From: Gammaproteobacteria bacterium
GTDB lineage: Bacteria; Pseudomonadota; Gammaproteobacteria; Steroidobacterales; Rariloculaceae
Assembly (NCBI GenBank): GCA_050114575.1
Contig: JASFSD010000028.1
Location: 1-13,130 of the forward strand
Direction of reading: 5' to 3'
DNA length: 13,130 nucleotides
The notes below the pieces were generated by a model. The model was not told the DNA's origin. It saw nothing but the letters and a program-made list of their open reading frames with translations, and ran no database searches. Positions 1 through 7,064 of the stretch are shown here, in pieces. The number at the start of each line of letters is the position of its first letter. Position 1 is the first letter of the stretch. The position numbers and the translations under genes are program-made.

Positions 1-31
1 CGGACCCCTCTTCGAGAGCAAGTGCGGCTTG

Positions 32-319
32 TCAGTGCTCGTCGGAGTCTTCGGACTTGCCTTTCGGCAGGCCTTCGTTGCCCCTGAACCAGACCAGGGC
101 GCCATAAACGAAGAGCACGGTGGCAACCGTCGCCAACGGCAGAGGCGGCAGCCAGACGGGGATATTTTCCATACCAGTCACATAGGGTTCGAGAAAATAG
201 GACAGTAACCAGGCCAGCAGGACGCCAATCAGGATGCCGAACGCGAGGATGAGGTTAGTTTTCCAGACGCTCGCCCAGAGCACGCAGCAAATCGCAATGC
301 CAACCAGCCACCAGATCAT
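32..319 (-). CDS. Small integral membrane protein of unknown function (95 aa, about 3 predicted TM helices, acidic C-terminal tail); last oxidase-operon gene visible in the window
   Basis: The ATG at 319-317 lies 2 nt after the subunit IV stop (minus strand reads TGA-TC-ATG). GC-rich third codon positions match the neighbouring genes. Hydrophobic segments are MIWWLVGIAICCVLWASVW, LILAFGILIGVLLAWLLSYFL and LPLATVATVLFVYGALVWF, followed by the tail RGNEGLPKGKSEDSDEH. I recognise no family motif. Confidence 0.6.
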   Translation of the reverse strand: MIWWLVGIAICCVLWASVWKTNLILAFGILIGVLLAWLLSYFLEPYVTGMENIPVWLPPLPLATVATVLFVYGALVWFRGNEGLPKGKSEDSDEH

Positions 320-321
320 GA

Positions 322-675
322 TCAGTGATGCTCCAGACCTTCGGGCTCCGGTGGCGCAACGAAGGAGTCGATACGAGTGCCTTCGGTGTACTCACCTTCG
401 TAGACCATGAACCCGATCAGAAACAGCAGCAGAACTGGCGGACCGAGGATCGCCCATGCCAGTGCCATGCGCTCCCATTTCATGTGCATGAAAATCGCGA
501 TGATGAAACCTGCCTTCAGGAACATGAAAGTCAGGATGAGCCCAGCGCGGAAGTACAGCATTCCGCCTTCCTTCGGTAGGAAGTCGGTGCCATAAGAGAA
601 AGCGCTGAACAGAAACAGCAGGCCCCAGATCCAGAAATAGATCGCAAGCGGATGTTGTTGACCTTCGGTTGCCAT
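322..675 (-). CDS. Cytochrome c oxidase subunit IV family protein (bacterial small subunit, CyoD/QoxD/CtaF-like)
   Basis: 117 aa with three hydrophobic helices. It carries the IFMHMKWE motif typical of the prokaryotic oxidase subunit IV family and sits immediately downstream of subunit III (13-nt gap). Confidence 0.8.
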   Translation of the reverse strand: MATEGQQHPLAIYFWIWGLLFLFSAFSYGTDFLPKEGGMLYFRAGLILTFMFLKAGFIIAIFMHMKWERMALAWAILGPPVLLLFLIGFMVYEGEYTEGTRIDSFVAPPEPEGLEHH

Positions 676-688
676 TATCGGTCTGCCC

Positions 689-1369
689 CTACCACAAGTA
701 GAAAAATGCGAAAATGAATACCCAGACGAGATCGACGAAATGCCAGTACAGGCCCGCGATCTCGACTATCTCGTAATTACCGCCCCCGCGCTCGTAATCG
801 CCTCGCAGAACTTTCAAAGCGACTATGGTCAGGTAAATAACGCCGGCCGAAACGTGGAGCCCGTGGAAACCAGTGATCATGAAGAACGAGGCGCCGAACT
901 GCTCGGCGCCGAACGGGTTCTCCCAGGGCCGCACGCCCTCCTGGATGAGCTTGGTCCACTCGAAGGCCTGCATGCCGACGAAGACGGCGCCGAAGGCGCC
1001 GGTGATCAGCATCAATGAAGCGGCGCGGGCGCGGTCGCCGCGGTAGCCGAAGTTGACAGCCATGGCCATCGTGCCGCTCGAGCTGATCAGCACGAAAGTC
1101 ATGATCGCGATCAGGATCAGCGGCATATCGATGCCGAAGAGTGTCAGCGCGAAGACCTCACTCGGGTTCGGCCAGGCGGCTGCCGTGGAGATCCGGTCGT
1201 GACCGTAGCCGACGAGGAACGACGTGAAGATGAACGTGTCGCTCAGCAGGAATATCCACATCATCGCCTTGCCCCAGGGAACCTGGAACGTCTGGCGATC
1301 AGCTGCCCAGTCGGCTACGAATTCGCTTGAGTGCGCCTGATCGGCGGTGGCTGAACCTTCTTGTGCCAT
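689..1369 (-). CDS. Heme-copper oxidase subunit III (5-TM CtaE/CyoC/CoxP-like form)
   Basis: 226 aa. It has subunit III hallmarks: FFMITGFHGLHVSAGVIYL, the C-terminal AGLYWHFVDLVWVFIFAFFYLW, and AFEWTKL. Position in the operon is consistent. Confidence 0.92.
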   Translation of the reverse strand: MAQEGSATADQAHSSEFVADWAADRQTFQVPWGKAMMWIFLLSDTFIFTSFLVGYGHDRISTAAAWPNPSEVFALTLFGIDMPLILIAIMTFVLISSSGTMAMAVNFGYRGDRARAASLMLITGAFGAVFVGMQAFEWTKLIQEGVRPWENPFGAEQFGASFFMITGFHGLHVSAGVIYLTIVALKVLRGDYERGGGNYEIVEIAGLYWHFVDLVWVFIFAFFYLW

Positions 1370-1391
1370 CGTTGAGCGTTGCCTCGAAAAC

Positions 1392-2105
1392 TTAGGTTGA
1401 TAACAGGATTGCGAACAGCACGAGCCAGATCATGAGCAGGTAGTGCCAGTAAGTCGCACATAACTGGACGCTCTGACGAAGCGCTGCCACCTCGGGCAGC
1501 TCGGCCTGTTCCAGACCGCGGCGAATTCTCGAAGCGGCCCGGCTCCAGACGGCGAGCCCGCCGACCAGATGCAGGCCGTGCACGGCCGTCAGCAGCACGA
1601 AGAAAGAGAACGATACGCTCGATACACCGAACTCGCCGGTAGCGTAGAGCTCCCGCCAGGCCAGCACCTGACCGGCGAGAAACAGCATGGTCAAGAGGCC
1701 TGCCGCATTGAAGTAGCGCCGCATCTTCAATCTGCCGCTGGCTGATGAGCTGAAGCCGTGTGCGAGCTGAATGGCGATGCTCGCGAGGACGAGCGCGATC
1801 GTATTGACCCAGAGAATCCCGGGCTTGTCGAACTTCACCCAGTCCCCCATGGTCATGCTTCCTGCCGCCGTACCGCCATGGGTCATGTCCATGCGCATGA
1901 AATAGGCCCCGATGAACACCATAAAGACGCTGGTCACGACGCCGAGAAAGACCCAGAGGCCGACCTTGGACGCCGACGAGGTCAGCCCGTCCTGGCTGCC
2001 CTCGAGAACGCCATGCTGCGTCCATGGCTTGTCCTGCAGCCGCCTGATCAGCACGAACGCGACCACCATCGAGATGCACATCGCTATGAAAAGAAGCGTA
2101 AACAT
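1392..2105 (-). CDS. Second subunit III-like oxidase protein (CoxO-like paralogue, 237 aa, extra N-terminal TM helix)
   Basis: The track ORF 1392..2300 overlaps the end of subunit I. I place the start at the ATG at 2105-2103 (MFTLLFIAM...), which is preceded by GGAG 9 nt upstream and lies 14 nt after the subunit I stop. Subunit III-like motifs are LLTAVHGLHLVGGL and ATYWHYLLMIWLVLF. Confidence 0.85.
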   Translation of the reverse strand: MFTLLFIAMCISMVVAFVLIRRLQDKPWTQHGVLEGSQDGLTSSASKVGLWVFLGVVTSVFMVFIGAYFMRMDMTHGGTAAGSMTMGDWVKFDKPGILWVNTIALVLASIAIQLAHGFSSSASGRLKMRRYFNAAGLLTMLFLAGQVLAWRELYATGEFGVSSVSFSFFVLLTAVHGLHLVGGLAVWSRAASRIRRGLEQAELPEVAALRQSVQLCATYWHYLLMIWLVLFAILLST

Positions 2106-2119
2106 CTGTCCCGACTCCG

Positions 2120-3868
2120 TCAGCTGCCGACGCTGGCTTCGCCCGGCTTGACCGGATGGTTCTGCGGAATGAAGTCCTCGTCGTCGCCCGGAACACTGTA
2201 GTCGTAGGCCCAGCGGTGAACTTCGGGCAGCTCCGGCCCCCAGTTGCCGTGTTTGGGCGGCGTATCGGGCGTCTGCCATTCGAGCGTGGTTGCGCGCCAC
2301 GGATTCGGGCCGGCCTCCTTGCCCTTGAACAGGCTGTAGATGATGTTGACGAAGAAGAAGATCTGCGCGATCGCCACGAAAATGGCGGCAATCGTGATTA
2401 TCTCGTTCACGCCCAGTGCCGATTCCGGAATGAAGTCGGTATCACCGTAGGCGTAATAACGCCGCGGCATGCCGAGGATGCCGATATAGTGCATCGGCAG
2501 GTAGATCGCATAAGTGCCGAGGAAAGTCATCCAGAAGTGGATTGCGCCGAGCTTCATGCTCGGCATCTTGCCGGTCATCTTCGGGTACCAGTGATAGATC
2601 GCGCCGAACACCACCATGACCGGCGAAACACCCATGACCATGTGGAAGTGTCCAATCACGAAGTAAGTGTCGGACAGCGGCAGATCGACCGTGACATTGC
2701 CGAGAAAGAGGCCCGTCAGCCCGCCATGGACGAACGTGAAGATGAAGCCCGTTGCCCAGAGCATCGGCAGCGTGAAGTGAATGTCGCCGCGCCATAGCGT
2801 CAGCACCCAGTTGTAGACCTTGATGGCCGTCGGCACGGCGATGATGAGCGTCGTCGTGGCGAAGAAGAATCCGAAATAGGGATTCATGCCGCTGACATAC
2901 ATGTGATGTGCCCAGACGACGAACGAGATCGCGCCGATCGCGATGATGGCCCAGACCATCATCCGGTAACCGAAAATATTCTTACGCGCGTGAGTGCTGA
3001 GCAGATCCGAGACCAGTCCGAACATCGGCAGCGCAACGATATAGACCTCCGGATGACCGAAGAACCAGAACAGGTGCTGGAACAGGATCGGGCTGCCACC
3101 TTCGGTGTCGGTTGCGTCGCCGGCCAGCATCAGTGCCGGCATGAAGAAGCTCGTGTCGATGGTGCGGTCGAGCAGCAGCATGATGGCGGCGACGAGCAGC
3201 GCCGGGAATGCCAGAAGGCCGAGGATCGTCGCAACGAAAATGCCCCAGACCGAGAGCGGCATGCGCATCAGCGTCATGCCGCGGCAGCGCGCCTGCAGCA
3301 CCGTCGTCACATAGTTCAGCCCGCCCATCGTGAACGCGACGATGAAGACGGCCAGCGACAGGATCATGAGAATGATGCCCCAGTCGACGCCGGGCGTTCC
3401 AGCTGAGATGGACTGAGGCGGATACAGCGTCCAGCCCGCGCCCGTTGGCCCGCCGGGGACGAAGAAGCTCGCGCAGAGAATGATGCACGACAGCAGAAAG
3501 ACCCAGAAGCTCAGCATGTTCATGAACGGGAAGACCATGTCCCGCGAGCCGCACATGAGTGGAATCAGATAATTGCCGAAGCCGCCGAGAAACAGCGCCG
3601 TCAGCAGGTAGACGACCATGATCATGCCGTGCATGGTCACGAACTGATAGTACTCGTACGGCGTGATGTTGAAGGTGTCCGGGAAGCCGATCTGCAGGCG
3701 CATCAGCAGCGACAGCACGAGCGCGATGACGCCCATGAGGATGGCCGTGCCACCGTACTGGATCGCGATGACTTTGTGATCCTGACTCCAGACGTACTTG
3801 GTGATGAACGTATCCGGATCGTGCAGGTGTTGTTCGTGATCCCGGTCCGCGATTGCAACATATGCCAT
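2120..3868 (-). CDS. ctaD: Cytochrome c oxidase subunit I, A1-type heme-copper oxidase
   Basis: 582 aa. Motifs: QHLFWFFGHPEVYIVALP (CuB His, cross-linked Tyr, and the helix VI Glu of A1-type enzymes), WAHHMY (CuB His pair), VIGHFHMV (heme a3/a His), TMHGMIM (heme a His), K in PTAIKVYNW (K channel), and D in SRDMVFPFMN (D channel). RBS GAGAGGAA is upstream. Confidence 0.97.
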   Translation of the reverse strand: MAYVAIADRDHEQHLHDPDTFITKYVWSQDHKVIAIQYGGTAILMGVIALVLSLLMRLQIGFPDTFNITPYEYYQFVTMHGMIMVVYLLTALFLGGFGNYLIPLMCGSRDMVFPFMNMLSFWVFLLSCIILCASFFVPGGPTGAGWTLYPPQSISAGTPGVDWGIILMILSLAVFIVAFTMGGLNYVTTVLQARCRGMTLMRMPLSVWGIFVATILGLLAFPALLVAAIMLLLDRTIDTSFFMPALMLAGDATDTEGGSPILFQHLFWFFGHPEVYIVALPMFGLVSDLLSTHARKNIFGYRMMVWAIIAIGAISFVVWAHHMYVSGMNPYFGFFFATTTLIIAVPTAIKVYNWVLTLWRGDIHFTLPMLWATGFIFTFVHGGLTGLFLGNVTVDLPLSDTYFVIGHFHMVMGVSPVMVVFGAIYHWYPKMTGKMPSMKLGAIHFWMTFLGTYAIYLPMHYIGILGMPRRYYAYGDTDFIPESALGVNEIITIAAIFVAIAQIFFFVNIIYSLFKGKEAGPNPWRATTLEWQTPDTPPKHGNWGPELPEVHRWAYDYSVPGDDEDFIPQNHPVKPGEASVGS

Positions 3869-3902
3869 GTTCTGAATTCCTCTCTAGTCCCGCCGCGCTC
3901 GC

Positions 3903-5267
3903 CTAGGGCAGCGTGTTGATATACGCGATGACATCGTCAATCGCTGTATCGTCCTTGAGCATCCCGGCCAGCAGGTTCATCTGGTCGCCGTAGACGTCCT
4001 CCGGGTGCCCGCCGCGCCGCTGGCTGCGGTCTTCCTGTTTGAACAGCAGCAGCTGGCGTTTCAGGTACCAGTCGCTCATGCCGGCCAGGCGGGGCGCCTT
4101 CGTGTTCCAGTTGCCCGCGCCTTCAGCGCCGTGGCAGAGGCCGCAGGTCGTGTAGAGCTCACGTCCGCGCTCGACGTCACCGGTGATGGTCGTCTCTGCG
4201 GGCTCATCAGGCAGTGTGCCGATGTAGGCGATAACGTCCTCGAGCGTCTGCGGCGCCGTCAGCACGGCGGCCATGGCCGACATCTGCACGGCAATGTTGT
4301 CCTCCGAGCCGCGCCGTCCGTTCTGATAGTTGTCGATCTGGCGGCGCAGGTACCAGGGGGACTGGCCGGCGAGCTTGGGCGCATTCATCGCCACGTTGCC
4401 GGCCCCCTGGGGCCCGTGGCAGGCCAGGCAGACGGCATAGGTCGTCGCGCCGCGAGCCGCATCGCCGACGGGTCGTGCCTGAGTCTCGGCAAAGGTGGGC
4501 TGGGAATCGAGCCAGGCGTCGAAATCGGCCTGCTCCTCGACGACGACCTTGCTGCGCATGGCAAAGTGCGCGATGCCGCAGAGCTCTTCGCACAGGACTT
4601 CGTACGTCCCGGGTTCCGTCACCTCGAACCACTGATAGGTAACCATGCCCGGGACCAGGTCCATCTTGACGCGGAACTGCGGCACCGTGAAGTTGTGCAG
4701 AACGTCGGTCGAGCGCAGCAGCAGATGAATCGGCTGGCCGACGGGGAGATGGGCCACCGGCGCGTCGACGACGATGTCGTCGCGACCGGCCGGGTCCTCG
4801 GGGTCGATGCCGAGCGGGTTATCGGCTGTCATCTGGCGGACGTCGGTCTCGCCGAACTCACCGTCCTCGCCCGGGTATCGGTAGCTCCAGTGCCACTGTT
4901 TGCCCACGGCCTCGACGTCCATGGCGTCGTCCGGGACCTTGACGAAATCGCCCCAGGCGACGAGCCCCGGTGCGAGCATCGCGGCGACGCCGATTGCGGT
5001 GATCACGGTCAGAATCGTCTCGAGCTTGTGGCTCTCCGGCTCGTAGTGCGCCTTGTGTCCCGGCCTGTGGCGGAACTTCACGAGGCAGTACGCCGTGAAC
5101 ATGTTTACGAGGACGAATACGACGCCGGCGACCCAGAACGTGATGTCGACCGTAAGATCGATCAGTCCCCAGTTGGACGCGAGATCCGTGAAATACCAGG
5201 CGTTGAAGTGATAAATCAGCGAGCCGATGACCAGAATTGTGATCACCACGGCCAAGACTACAGGCAT
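3903..5267 (-). CDS. coxB: Cytochrome c oxidase subunit II fused to a C-terminal di-heme cytochrome c (c4-like) module: ccaa3-type subunit II
   Basis: 454 aa. It has two N-terminal TM helices and a CuA centre, H190 plus CEELCGIAHFAM (nt 4557-4592). There are two CxxCH heme-binding sites: CLACH (nt 4416-4430) and CGLCH (nt 4131-4145). Each is followed by AP(K/R)LAG...WYL(R/K)RQ and ends in DVIAYIxTLP. Confidence 0.95.
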   Translation of the reverse strand: MPVVLAVVITILVIGSLIYHFNAWYFTDLASNWGLIDLTVDITFWVAGVVFVLVNMFTAYCLVKFRHRPGHKAHYEPESHKLETILTVITAIGVAAMLAPGLVAWGDFVKVPDDAMDVEAVGKQWHWSYRYPGEDGEFGETDVRQMTADNPLGIDPEDPAGRDDIVVDAPVAHLPVGQPIHLLLRSTDVLHNFTVPQFRVKMDLVPGMVTYQWFEVTEPGTYEVLCEELCGIAHFAMRSKVVVEEQADFDAWLDSQPTFAETQARPVGDAARGATTYAVCLACHGPQGAGNVAMNAPKLAGQSPWYLRRQIDNYQNGRRGSEDNIAVQMSAMAAVLTAPQTLEDVIAYIGTLPDEPAETTITGDVERGRELYTTCGLCHGAEGAGNWNTKAPRLAGMSDWYLKRQLLLFKQEDRSQRRGGHPEDVYGDQMNLLAGMLKDDTAIDDVIAYINTLP

Positions 5268-5329
5268 AACCCTTCCCCAATTCTCCCGTGGGCGCTAAAT
5301 ACGTCCAGCTGTCGTTTCAGTAAGCTACT

Positions 5330-5779
5330 TTATTCTACGATCAGCTTTCCCTTCATGAGCACGTAGTGCCCGGGAAAGCTGCAAAAATACGTGTAATCCC
5401 CACCGGGTTCGAGTGCTGACGCATCGAAAGTGACAGAGGTCTCTTCGCCTCCGCCGATTATTCTGGTTGCGGCGATCACCCGCGCATCGCCGGGTGGAAC
5501 GTAATTGTTGTCCGCGCCGGCGGATTGTCCCGCCACTGCTACCGACTCGAAGTCGCGCGTGGCTGTCAGTACCCAGTTGTGCCCCATCACGTTGGCGGCG
5601 AGCGTGCCGACGTGCTTGAGCGTTACCGTGAAGGACTCGCAGCTCGAGCTGGCTTTCATTTCGCTCAGCGAGAACTGAACGGCGTCGTTGCCGTCGATCG
5701 TCGCGGCACAATCCTGTGCCTGGGCAGGTCCTGACAGGGCAAAGCCTGCGGTCAGGGCGGTACCCAAGATCCATCTCAT
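5330..5779 (-). CDS. azu: Azurin (type 1 blue copper protein) precursor
   Basis: 149 aa, made up of a 21-aa Sec-type signal (MRWILGTALTAGFALSGPAQA) and a 128-aa mature protein. The mature protein is colinear with Pseudomonas aeruginosa azurin as I recall it. Cys3/Cys26 and the ligands G45-H46 (NVMGHNWVL), C112, H117 and M121 (FCSFPGHYVLMKG) fall at identical numbering. Confidence 0.97.
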   Translation of the reverse strand: MRWILGTALTAGFALSGPAQAQDCAATIDGNDAVQFSLSEMKASSSCESFTVTLKHVGTLAANVMGHNWVLTATRDFESVAVAGQSAGADNNYVPPGDARVIAATRIIGGGEETSVTFDASALEPGGDYTYFCSFPGHYVLMKGKLIVE

Positions 5780-5883
5780 GGTGTCATGTCCTTTCTTTCT
5801 TATCTCTCGGCCCGACTGCGCCGATCGGGGGCGAATGTTAGCAAATCGCAGCCGGAGGAGTAATGCGGAATTTACTGCTGGAA

Positions 5884-6972
5884 TCAGGCTCTGGTCGCCA
5901 GATAGGCTTGCTCGGAAACCCGCTGCCAGGTCGCCGATTCCTCCAGGAACGTCCGATAGGACTGCCAGACGCGGGCGACGCGCTCATCGTCGGCAGCCAG
6001 CCCCTCGACCACTTCGAGTGTCAGCTCGGCGAGGCTGTCGAGCACCGCTTCGGGGAAGCGCAGGATCTCGACGTCCGGATTCTGGCTGAGCTGGCGCAGA
6101 GCAGCCGCATTCCGCGCCATATACTCCGATGTCATATCCTGATTGGTGGCCTGGCAGGCCACTTCCACGATGGCCTGGAGGTCCTCGGGCAGAGAGTTCC
6201 AGGCCTCTGTGTTGATGATGCATTCCAGCGTCGGGCCGGGCTCCTGCCAGCCGGGGTAATAGTAGTAGCGAGCGGCCTGATGCAGGCCCATTGCCAGGTC
6301 GTTGTAGGGCCCGACCCATTCGGTCGCGTCGATGCTGCCCGTTTGCAGCGCGGTGAAGATCTCCGAGCCGGCCAGCGTCACCGGCGTGCCACCGGCGAGG
6401 CGCAGGGCTTCGCCGCCGACACCGGGGATGCGCATCTTCAATCCCTGCAGGTCCTCGAGCGAATCGATCCGCTTGTTGAACCAGCCGCCCATCTGAACCC
6501 CTGTGTTGCCGGCGGGAAAGGGCATCAGGTTGAACGGCTCATAGGTCTCGCGCCACAGATCCAGGCCGCCGCCGTAATAGAGCCAGCCGTTCATCTCATG
6601 AGCAGTCATGCCGAAAGGAATCGAGCAGAAGAATTGCGCCGCTTCGCTCTGGCCCCGCCAGTAATACGCGGCGCCGTGGCCCATTTCGGCGGTGCCGCGT
6701 GAGACCGCGTCGAACACCTCGAGGGCCGGGATCAGCTCGTTTGCCGCGTACACCTGAATCTGGATCCGGCCGGCGCTCATCGCCTCGATGTAACGCACCA
6801 GCGTATTGACTCCGGTTCCGAGGCCCGGGAAATTGGGTGGCCAGGTCGTGACGAGCTTCCAGCTGAAGCGCTCGGCCGAAGCCTGGGTCGAGGGGCCCGT
6901 GCCGGCTTGCGGCTGGCAGGCGCTGAGGGCGGCAGCGCCGCCGAGTCCGCCGATAAAATGACGTCGTTTCAT
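5884..6972 (-). CDS. TRAP transporter substrate-binding protein (DctP/TakP-like, COG4663-like) with twin-arginine signal and lipobox
   Basis: I prefer the ATG at 6972-6970 (MKRRHFIGG...), with GGAG about 11 nt upstream, over the TTG at 6999 used by the track. The signal is KRRHFIGGLGGAAALSAC (Tat motif, then lipobox L-S-A-C with Cys at nt 6916-6918). The body (WKLVTTWPPNFPGLG..., GAAYYW, GVQMGGWF, IDATEW) resembles family-7 extracellular solute-binding proteins of TRAP systems. No DctQ/DctM gene is in the window. Confidence 0.85.
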   Translation of the reverse strand: MKRRHFIGGLGGAAALSACQPQAGTGPSTQASAERFSWKLVTTWPPNFPGLGTGVNTLVRYIEAMSAGRIQIQVYAANELIPALEVFDAVSRGTAEMGHGAAYYWRGQSEAAQFFCSIPFGMTAHEMNGWLYYGGGLDLWRETYEPFNLMPFPAGNTGVQMGGWFNKRIDSLEDLQGLKMRIPGVGGEALRLAGGTPVTLAGSEIFTALQTGSIDATEWVGPYNDLAMGLHQAARYYYYPGWQEPGPTLECIINTEAWNSLPEDLQAIVEVACQATNQDMTSEYMARNAAALRQLSQNPDVEILRFPEAVLDSLAELTLEVVEGLAADDERVARVWQSYRTFLEESATWQRVSEQAYLATRA

Positions 6973-7064
6973 GGTCTGAGTCGGCTCCGAACGTTGCAAC
7001 CGCTAGTAATATCAGATCGGGCCTGCCGAGCACAGGCGCAGCGCGGTGTCGCAACGAGTGTGAC

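Noticed and set aside
2106-2300. N-terminal 65-aa extension of the track ORF 1392..2300 (MARNHARMADARY...), overlapping the 3' end of ctaD.
   Set aside because: The extension is Arg/Ala/Gly-rich, non-hydrophobic and overlaps the conserved C-terminus of subunit I. The internal ATG at 2105 has a good GGAG RBS, starts directly with a TM helix, and lies 14 nt after the ctaD stop.
5268-5329. A possible terminator or separate promoter between azurin and coxB.
   Set aside because: There is only an imperfect CAGCTG-centred palindrome and no stable hairpin plus U-run. I cannot call either element from sequence, so co-transcription remains the default hypothesis.
4005-5366. A 453-aa plus-strand ORF antisense to coxB. 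Other long antisense or off-frame ORFs are similar: 1315..2391(-), 2156..2797(+), 2903..3406(+), 2982..3554(-), 5863..6702(+), 7713..8765(-), 11029..12054(-) and 12033..12833(-).
   Set aside because: Each lies entirely within a gene that has unambiguous family motifs in another frame or strand. Their translations are Arg/Pro/Gly/Asp-rich, low in complexity and lack motifs, which is the usual stop-codon-poor artefact of high-GC DNA. For example, 12033..12833(-) is antisense to the clearly YbdL-like plus-strand frame.
5780-5883. I searched upstream of azurin for an FNR/ANR box (TTGAT-N4-ATCAA), a sigma70 promoter, and an intrinsic terminator after the TRAP SBP gene.
   Set aside because: Only weak partial matches turned up: TTGCTAACATTCGC, a 5-bp AGTAA/TTACT stem, and a CCCGA/TCGGG stem without a U-tract. 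None supports a feature call.
6973-6999. Upstream TTG start (MQRSEPTQT...) for the TRAP SBP, as given by the ORF track.
   Set aside because: The ATG at 6972 places the twin-arginine motif at residues 3-4 of the signal peptide, which is the typical position, and it has GGAG upstream. The TTG has no visible RBS. This call is not certain.
6993-7055. A perfect 8-bp palindrome GTTGCAAC (6993-7000) and a near-copy GTCGCAAC (7048-7055), both upstream of the TRAP SBP gene.
   Set aside because: These are too short and too few to separate from chance. No extended dyad symmetry surrounds them. I note them only as possible operator half-sites.
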